Positions 58,568 to 64,000 of a stretch of 64,000 nucleotides of DNA are shown one piece after another (within the stretch, counting starts at the first letter, position 1; each line of letters begins with the position of its first letter). The stretch lies in assembly GCA_035524195.1 (NCBI GenBank), contig DATKPJ010000048.1, positions 29,919-93,918 of the forward strand, read 5' to 3'. A program made the position numbers and the translations under genes. The notes beneath the pieces were generated by a model. That model was given only the letters and a program-made list of their open reading frames with translations, searched no databases and was not told the DNA's origin. This DNA is from Terracidiphilus sp. (GTDB lineage: Bacteria; Acidobacteriota; Terriglobia; Terriglobales; Acidobacteriaceae).

Positions 58568-59644
58568 ATGATCTCTCTCAAGAAGTATCTCGATATGGAA
58601 ACGTTTGAGCCGCCCGAGCGCGACGATCCAACCGATTCTCTCAATTCGCAGACTACGGAATGCTTTCAAGCTTTGCTTTCTTCCATAGGCAAGAATGCGA
58701 GCCAGGTCTATCCGAACCTGGGAGTAGATCTTGAGGAGAGCCTGAAGGGGCTTCAACAACGCCTCTCCATGAGCCCAACATTTGAGTCCTTGAACTTGAC
58801 GGAGAAGCAGGTCGAAATCCTGCTGGAGGAATGGGGTGGACGGACTTCTGAGTACTTCAAAGGCAAGGCAGATGAGGTCAAAGAGCTTCTAATCGCCCTG
58901 GCCAATGCCGCCGAGTGTGTCGGACATAAGAATCAAGGCCATTCACGGCATTTCAAGGAACTGACTGATCGCTTGGAACGGATTGCCGACTTGGATGATC
59001 TGACGGAAATTCGGTCCTCACTCGTCAATCGCGTGACGGAACTGAAAAACAGCGTGAACCAAATGGCACTTGACAGTCAGGAATTGGTGGCACGCCTGAA
59101 GGCCGAAGTCTCGATCTACGAAACCCGGCTCAAAGCGGCTGAACACCTGGCTTTTCGAGATGAACTGACGCGAGTGGCCAATCGCCGCAGCGTTGAAGAG
59201 CGCGTGCATTTGAATATTGAGAACAGACAGCCGTTCAGCGTGGTGATGCTCGATCTGAACCACTTCAAGCATGTAAATGACAAGTATGGACACGTTGTGG
59301 GAGACAAGATGCTGAAGCAATTTGCGAAGGAGCTGCAGCTCAATACGCGCTCGGGAGACCTGGTTGGCCGTTGGGGTGGAGATGAATTTGTGGTCGTGCT
59401 TGGTTGCGATGAAATTAGCGCGAACTCACACATTGCGCGCATACGGGACTGGGTGTTCGGCAAATACACGATTGAGTTAGAGGACAAGAAAAAGCCGCTC
59501 GAGATATGGGTGGATGCATCCATCGGCGTCGCAGAGTGGCGCACCGGAGAATCGATCCAGCAAGTGATTGAGAAGGCAGACACTGCCATGTACGCCGAAA
59601 AGAATCGTTCCCGGCGCGCGGCGTCTTTCAACTTGCTGCCGTGA
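58568..59644 (+). CDS. Diguanylate cyclase (coiled-coil + GGDEF)
   Basis: DELT, DLNHFKHVNDKYGH, I-site RSGD, RWGGDEF, ADTAMY. Confidence 0.92.
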   Translation: MISLKKYLDMETFEPPERDDPTDSLNSQTTECFQALLSSIGKNASQVYPNLGVDLEESLKGLQQRLSMSPTFESLNLTEKQVEILLEEWGGRTSEYFKGKADEVKELLIALANAAECVGHKNQGHSRHFKELTDRLERIADLDDLTEIRSSLVNRVTELKNSVNQMALDSQELVARLKAEVSIYETRLKAAEHLAFRDELTRVANRRSVEERVHLNIENRQPFSVVMLDLNHFKHVNDKYGHVVGDKMLKQFAKELQLNTRSGDLVGRWGGDEFVVVLGCDEISANSHIARIRDWVFGKYTIELEDKKKPLEIWVDASIGVAEWRTGESIQQVIEKADTAMYAEKNRSRRAASFNLLP

Positions 59645-59904
59645 AGCTTTGCCTTTGCGGACCTCGGCGATTATCAATGAAAGTGCATTGCGCAGATACC
59701 GACAAAGTGCTGGTTGCGCAGAATTAATCCACGACACATCCCCAACAATTAACGAGTCACAAGATGCCTCGACGTGATGTGGCTCGGGCGGCAGTATTGA
59801 TTCAATCGCACGTTCGAGAGGTTTTTGCTCTGTTCAGCGCAAGCGTTTGGTCGCTGATGCACACCTAAGTTGTAGTAAGCAAAAACATTTTTTTTCGGCC
59901 GGAC

Positions 59905-59932
59905 TAGAATCTTCAAATTGACCCGCCGATAG
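59905..59932 (+). promoter_or_regulatory. Putative sigma28 (FliA) promoter of fliC
   Basis: TAGA-16 nt-GCCGATAG about 105 nt upstream of the flagellin ATG. Confidence 0.7.
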
Positions 59933-60037
59933 AGTGCACGCAACAACAAACCACCTGCTCCAAGTAGCGATTCTGGACCTCTTTTGTAGACGGAACTGGT
60001 TCGGTGCAGGCGGAAATCGATATAAGGAGCAATACCA

Positions 60038-60862
60038 ATGATCAGCGTACTCAATAGCGTTTCTCAGTTGGGCGCAGAAAACGCCCTGTCCTCAACCCAA
60101 GCCTCTCTTCAGAACACCCTGTTGCAATTGTCGACCGGTCTGAAGATCAACTCCGGATCAGACGACGCAGCCGGCCTTTCAATCGCCTCCGGCCTGGGCG
60201 CAAGCATTTCGGCCCTCACGCAGTCCAGCCAGAATGCCGCCAACGGCATCGGATTCGCGCAAACCGCCGATGGCGCGCTCTCGCAGGTCACCTCACTGCT
60301 CAACCGTGCAGTTACGCTGGCGACCGAAGCCGCGAACGGCGGTTTGACAGCCGACCAAGCGACGGCAGCGCAGGCCGAATATACTTCGATCCTCACGGAA
60401 ATCGGCACGATCGGCTCGACCACCAACTTCAATGGAGCGTCGGTCTTCACAGCAGATGGCAACACGGTCTTCACCAGTGACGGCACTGCCGCCGGCAACT
60501 CAACAGTGACCGTTACGCCTGGTGTGCTCACAGCCGCTGGACTTGGGTTGTCCTCGGCTGCAACCGCCCTCACCAGCACCACGACTGCCACCGCTGAATT
60601 GGCAGCGATCACCAAGGCCATCGACACAGTTTCAGCGACCCGTGGCTCCATCGGCGCCTCCGTCAACCAGCTGACAGCCGCCGAAAACGTTGAGAATACG
60701 CAGGTAACCAACCTGACCAGCGCGCAGAACAGCGTTCAGAACGCTGACATCAGCTCTACGGTTGCGAAGATGACGCAGTACAACGTCCTTGAGCAGACCG
60801 GCATGGCAGCCCTGTCGCAGTCCAACCAGGCACAGCAGGCTGTTCTGAAGCTGCTCCAGTAA
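60038..60862 (+). CDS. fliC: Flagellin (short, 274 aa)
   Basis: LSTGLKINSGSDDAAGL, AQTADGAL, TTNFNG, RGSIGA, NAD, VLKLLQ; TAAGGAG RBS. Confidence 0.95.
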   Translation: MISVLNSVSQLGAENALSSTQASLQNTLLQLSTGLKINSGSDDAAGLSIASGLGASISALTQSSQNAANGIGFAQTADGALSQVTSLLNRAVTLATEAANGGLTADQATAAQAEYTSILTEIGTIGSTTNFNGASVFTADGNTVFTSDGTAAGNSTVTVTPGVLTAAGLGLSSAATALTSTTTATAELAAITKAIDTVSATRGSIGASVNQLTAAENVENTQVTNLTSAQNSVQNADISSTVAKMTQYNVLEQTGMAALSQSNQAQQAVLKLLQ

Positions 60863-60885
60863 GCAAACCTTAACCACAACACTCG

Positions 60886-60918
60886 GGTGGCGCCCCACAA
60901 GGCGCCACCATTTTATTT
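60886..60918 (+). terminator. Rho-independent terminator after fliC
   Basis: GGTGGCGCC-ccacaa-GGCGCCACC followed by ATTTTATTT. Confidence 0.8.
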
Positions 60919-60927
60919 CCAGAAACC

Positions 60928-60955
60928 TGAACTTCAGTGTCCGATGTGCCGATAT
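60928..60955 (+). promoter_or_regulatory. Putative sigma28 (FliA) promoter of fliD-fliS
   Basis: TGAA-16 nt-GCCGATAT. Confidence 0.65.
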
Positions 60956-61026
60956 TATTTTGCGTTTCGAATTGAAAGAGCTGGGCGATAAATAGACGAC
61001 GTCCAGTTCAGAAACAGGCAAGGTTT

Positions 61027-62454
61027 ATGAGTTCAGTGTCGGCTTTGAATTCGCTGTTGGCGTCCGCATCCACTTCCAGCTCCGGCATCGATATCAGCTC
61101 GATTCTGCAAGCTGCAACTGGATCCGCTTCGACAGGCATCGATGTAACCTCTGCGGTTAATTCAGCGATAACAGCGGCCAGGGCACCGGAAACTTCGTGG
61201 GAGAACCAGGAGTCCACACTTCAAAGTCAGTCCGCTGCCTTGACCCAGATTCAGACCGACGCAACCAATCTCGATAACGACATGCAGTCGCTCAATTCGC
61301 TCACGGGTCCCTTGTCTGCGACCACGGTCAGCTCCTCCGACTCCGGCGTGGTCACTGCGACAGCTGCTTCAGGAAGTGCCTCGGGAACCCACACTGTCGA
61401 AGTCAACAGCCTGGCCAAGACCGCTTCCTGGGCATCAGGATACGTCACCAGCTCGACAACAGACCTTGCGGCGGGCAACTTTACGATCACCGGTGCCGAT
61501 GGCACGGTCACCACCATTTCAACAGGCACGGGAACGAGCACGCTCAACGACGTGGCAAACACGATCAACAGCGATAATCTTGGGGTTACTGCAAGCGTGA
61601 TCTCCGATGCGAATGGAGCGCGGCTTGCAATCGTGAGCAATACTTCTGGCCAGGCGGCAAATTTCTCGGTTAGTTCTGCGACCGGTGGAAGTTTGAGCTT
61701 TACGCAGGCTGTCACCGGCCAGAATGCCTCACTAAGCGTTGACGGAATCTCGATCGCAAGCGCATCCAATACGGTCACCGGAGCAATCGCCGGAGTGACC
61801 CTGAATCTGCTGAACGCCAGCCCCGGAACCAGTGTGAACTTGACCGTTGCTCCCGATACGAGCCAGGTCTCGACGGCCATCAGTCAATTCGTTACGGACT
61901 ATAACAAAGCAGTCACGGATCTAAACACGCAATTTACGTTTAGCGGCACCTCAGAGGGCGTGCTGGCGACCGATTCTGACGTGCGCAGCCTCCAGATGAC
62001 TCTCGAATCCGCGATCTCTTACACGGCTACGTCCGCATCCGGATCCACGACCGTACCGAACCTGTCTTCCCTGGGCATCTCGGTCAACGACGACGGCACT
62101 TTGACATTGGATAGCGCAACGCTGAGCAATGCACTCCAAAATAACTTCAGCGACGTGCAGAACTTCTTTCAAGGGGCTTCCCTGAACGGATTTGCCAATA
62201 GCCTCGATCAGCAACTGACCACCTATATCAGCCCCGCGGATGGCGCATTCACTCTTGACCTTCAAAGCATCAGCACGGAAGAAAGCGGCCTGCAATCCGA
62301 CATCAGCAACTTTGAAACAAATTACATCACGCCGCTTCGAACACAATTGCAGAGCGAGTACAGCCAGGCTGAGATTGCGCTGCAACAACTGCCGACTGAG
62401 ATGCAGCAAATCAACACTGAGCTGGGCTTGAACAACAACAATAACAATGGCTAG
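61027..62454 (+). CDS. fliD: Flagellar filament capping protein
   Basis: GID motif, VNSLA, GVTASVI, GQNASLSVDG...SNTVTGAIAGVTLNL, FVTDYN, LGIS...DGTLTLD. Confidence 0.93.
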   Translation: MSSVSALNSLLASASTSSSGIDISSILQAATGSASTGIDVTSAVNSAITAARAPETSWENQESTLQSQSAALTQIQTDATNLDNDMQSLNSLTGPLSATTVSSSDSGVVTATAASGSASGTHTVEVNSLAKTASWASGYVTSSTTDLAAGNFTITGADGTVTTISTGTGTSTLNDVANTINSDNLGVTASVISDANGARLAIVSNTSGQAANFSVSSATGGSLSFTQAVTGQNASLSVDGISIASASNTVTGAIAGVTLNLLNASPGTSVNLTVAPDTSQVSTAISQFVTDYNKAVTDLNTQFTFSGTSEGVLATDSDVRSLQMTLESAISYTATSASGSTTVPNLSSLGISVNDDGTLTLDSATLSNALQNNFSDVQNFFQGASLNGFANSLDQQLTTYISPADGAFTLDLQSISTEESGLQSDISNFETNYITPLRTQLQSEYSQAEIALQQLPTEMQQINTELGLNNNNNNG

Positions 62455-62466
62455 GCGGACACGAAG

Positions 62467-62934
62467 ATGACTCCCACAGATCTGGCATATCGAAGGACGG
62501 CAACCGAGGGCGCAAGTGGCTTTGGCTTACTTATCTCCCTTTACGACACGCTCGCCGGCGACTTGCGCAGGGCCGCGGAAGCCGAGCGCAACAACGACCT
62601 GGAACGGCGCTGCCGGGAAGTCGATCACGCCATGCTCGTCATTGGATACCTCGAGGACTGGACGCACCGCGGTAGCGACGGCGAACTGGCGCAACAACTC
62701 ATCGCGTTCTATTCATCTCTTAGACGCAAAATGATTGAAGCGCAGACCACCAGATCCATCAGGATCCTTGAAGAGCAGATGGCGTTGGTCCTGGATCTTC
62801 GCGAGCATTGGCAACAGATTGATGCTCGAACCGAGCCGGGCAATCCCGAAGTGCTGCCGCCCGTGCAAACTGCAAATTATCCCAAAGCGTTTGCAGAGCA
62901 ATCCGAGCGCAGAAGCGGCAACTGGTCAGCGTAG
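62467..62934 (+). CDS. fliS: Flagellar export chaperone
   Basis: AYRRTATEGAS..LLISLYD, GELAQQLIAFY, LREHW; follows fliD. Confidence 0.88.
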   Translation: MTPTDLAYRRTATEGASGFGLLISLYDTLAGDLRRAAEAERNNDLERRCREVDHAMLVIGYLEDWTHRGSDGELAQQLIAFYSSLRRKMIEAQTTRSIRILEEQMALVLDLREHWQQIDARTEPGNPEVLPPVQTANYPKAFAEQSERRSGNWSA

Positions 62935-63128
62935 CCGGCCGAAGTCCGCCATCGCGCAACCTGCTTTGCCTGAAGGCCGGGAAGCCTGATAAGGGCGGGC
63001 CCCTGCCGAAAAGCGAGCGTTGTCAGGGGTAAGAATGCTTGAATCTCGACGACCTGGCAGCTTCGTATTCGCTTGTTTTCGCTCGCCGAGCGCGGTTTGA
63101 GTTGCCTCCGAACGTTAGATAACGAATC

Positions 63129-64000
63129 CTAAGACGGCGCCGACAAATAGTTGAGGAGCGTGTCGGGGAGGACCTTCGCCGCAGCCGCCATCGCTGCGTT
63201 GTTTGCCGTTTCCGCCGAGCTCAGATTGGTCGCGGCCGTGGCCATATCGACTCCCACCAGGGATGTCTGTTGCGACGTAAGGTTGACTGTTTCCTGCTGC
63301 AAGTACGTCTCTTGAGAATTCAACTGGCCTTCGGCATTGCCGTAGAAGACACGCTGCTGGCTGACGTAGTTGAGCGCCGCTGAAACAGCGTTTGTCGCGG
63401 TCGCAATATCCGCGGAGTTACCGCTCTGGAGCGCGGAAGCAAGCGAGCTCAGCGAACCGAGGACATCGCCGCCCGAATTCGAGAAGATCTGATTACCGGG
63501 AAGATTCGTCTGCACGTTTAGCTGGTCACCCACCGCTACCGAATTCACCTCGCTGTTTCCGTTGTACGCATAACCTGACGGAGAGGAAGAACTGGCCACG
63601 TAGGGAGGCGTCGTGCTTGCCGTTCCGCCAAACAAGTAGGCGCCCTGGTAGGACGTGTTGGCTTGGGCAACCACACTGGTGAGAATAGCTTGCACTTGTT
63701 GCGCAAGCGCCTGCTGATTCGAGGCGCTCATGGTGCCGTTGGCTCCTTCGGCCCCATACGACACCGCCTGCGTGAGGGAAGTAACGACGGAACCCAGTGC
63801 CGAGTCGGCTGATTGAACAGATCCGAGCACACTCGTCACGTTTTGAGTGTATTGGTCAACCTCTCCGGATTCGATGGTGTTCTGCACCATTTCGGCCGAG
63901 GCTTCCGGATTGTCGGATGGCACGCTCACGCTTTTGCCGGTGGCCACCTGTTGCAATGCAACATTGAGCGTCGCCTGGCTCTGTTGCAAGTCGGCGATAA
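63129..64000 (-). CDS. flgL: Flagellar hook-associated protein 3 (5' end beyond window)
   Basis: TGKSVSVPSDNP, ANTSYQGAYLFGG, YNGN, VDMATA, TLLNYL; frame open to the window edge. Confidence 0.9.
   Translation of the reverse strand, partial: IADLQQSQATLNVALQQVATGKSVSVPSDNPEASAEMVQNTIESGEVDQYTQNVTSVLGSVQSADSALGSVVTSLTQAVSYGAEGANGTMSASNQQALAQQVQAILTSVVAQANTSYQGAYLFGGTASTTPPYVASSSSPSGYAYNGNSEVNSVAVGDQLNVQTNLPGNQIFSNSGGDVLGSLSSLASALQSGNSADIATATNAVSAALNYVSQQRVFYGNAEGQLNSQETYLQQETVNLTSQQTSLVGVDMATAATNLSSAETANNAAMAAAAKVLPDTLLNYLSAPS

Noticed and set aside
59680-59722. Imperfect direct repeat AAAGTGC..TTGCGCAGA x2 upstream of the fliC promoter
   Set aside because: Only two short copies with an indel; cannot be distinguished from chance without comparative data.
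1-64000. CRISPR array, transposase, prophage or anti-phage defence genes
   Set aside because: No regularly spaced 25-40 bp repeats, and no cas, transposase, integrase, phage structural or known defence motifs in the ORF track.

Overview
Core-genome-like 64 kb segment of a high-GC bacterium, most likely Acidobacteriota (Acidobacteriaceae-like). That assignment is inferred from the acidobacterial VWA protein, SpoIVB-like/beta-propeller genes, T2SS/T4P-like operon layout and REP-like palindromes. Main contents: ribD and ribE separated by three genes; ggt; capA-like gene; a PilC-PilB-PilMNOP-like secretion/pilus operon; erpA/iscA; lolC/E and lolA; a bacterial myo-inositol oxygenase; tRNA-Leu(GAG)-secG; a GH3 glucosidase; ychF; a GT9; a split KdpD-like pair; a DUF2089/SHOCT operon; two diguanylate cyclases; and the start of a flagellar cluster (fliC, fliD, fliS, flgL). 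I saw no CRISPR array, transposase, integrase or prophage. Best candidate for an undescribed system: a membrane HAMP-PAS 'histidine kinase' lacking its phospho-acceptor His (ASRKLRGPL), coupled to a stand-alone KdpD N-terminal kinase-Usp protein, with no kdpFABC or response regulator nearby. Other candidates are a circularly permuted, exported SpoIVB-type protease with a nearby beta-propeller protein, a triple-SHOCT DUF2089 operon, and a small protein with helically phased TTAGG repeats at its predicted transcription start. Strand and codon skew switches near 25 kb. All calls come from motif recognition by eye; no database searches were run.
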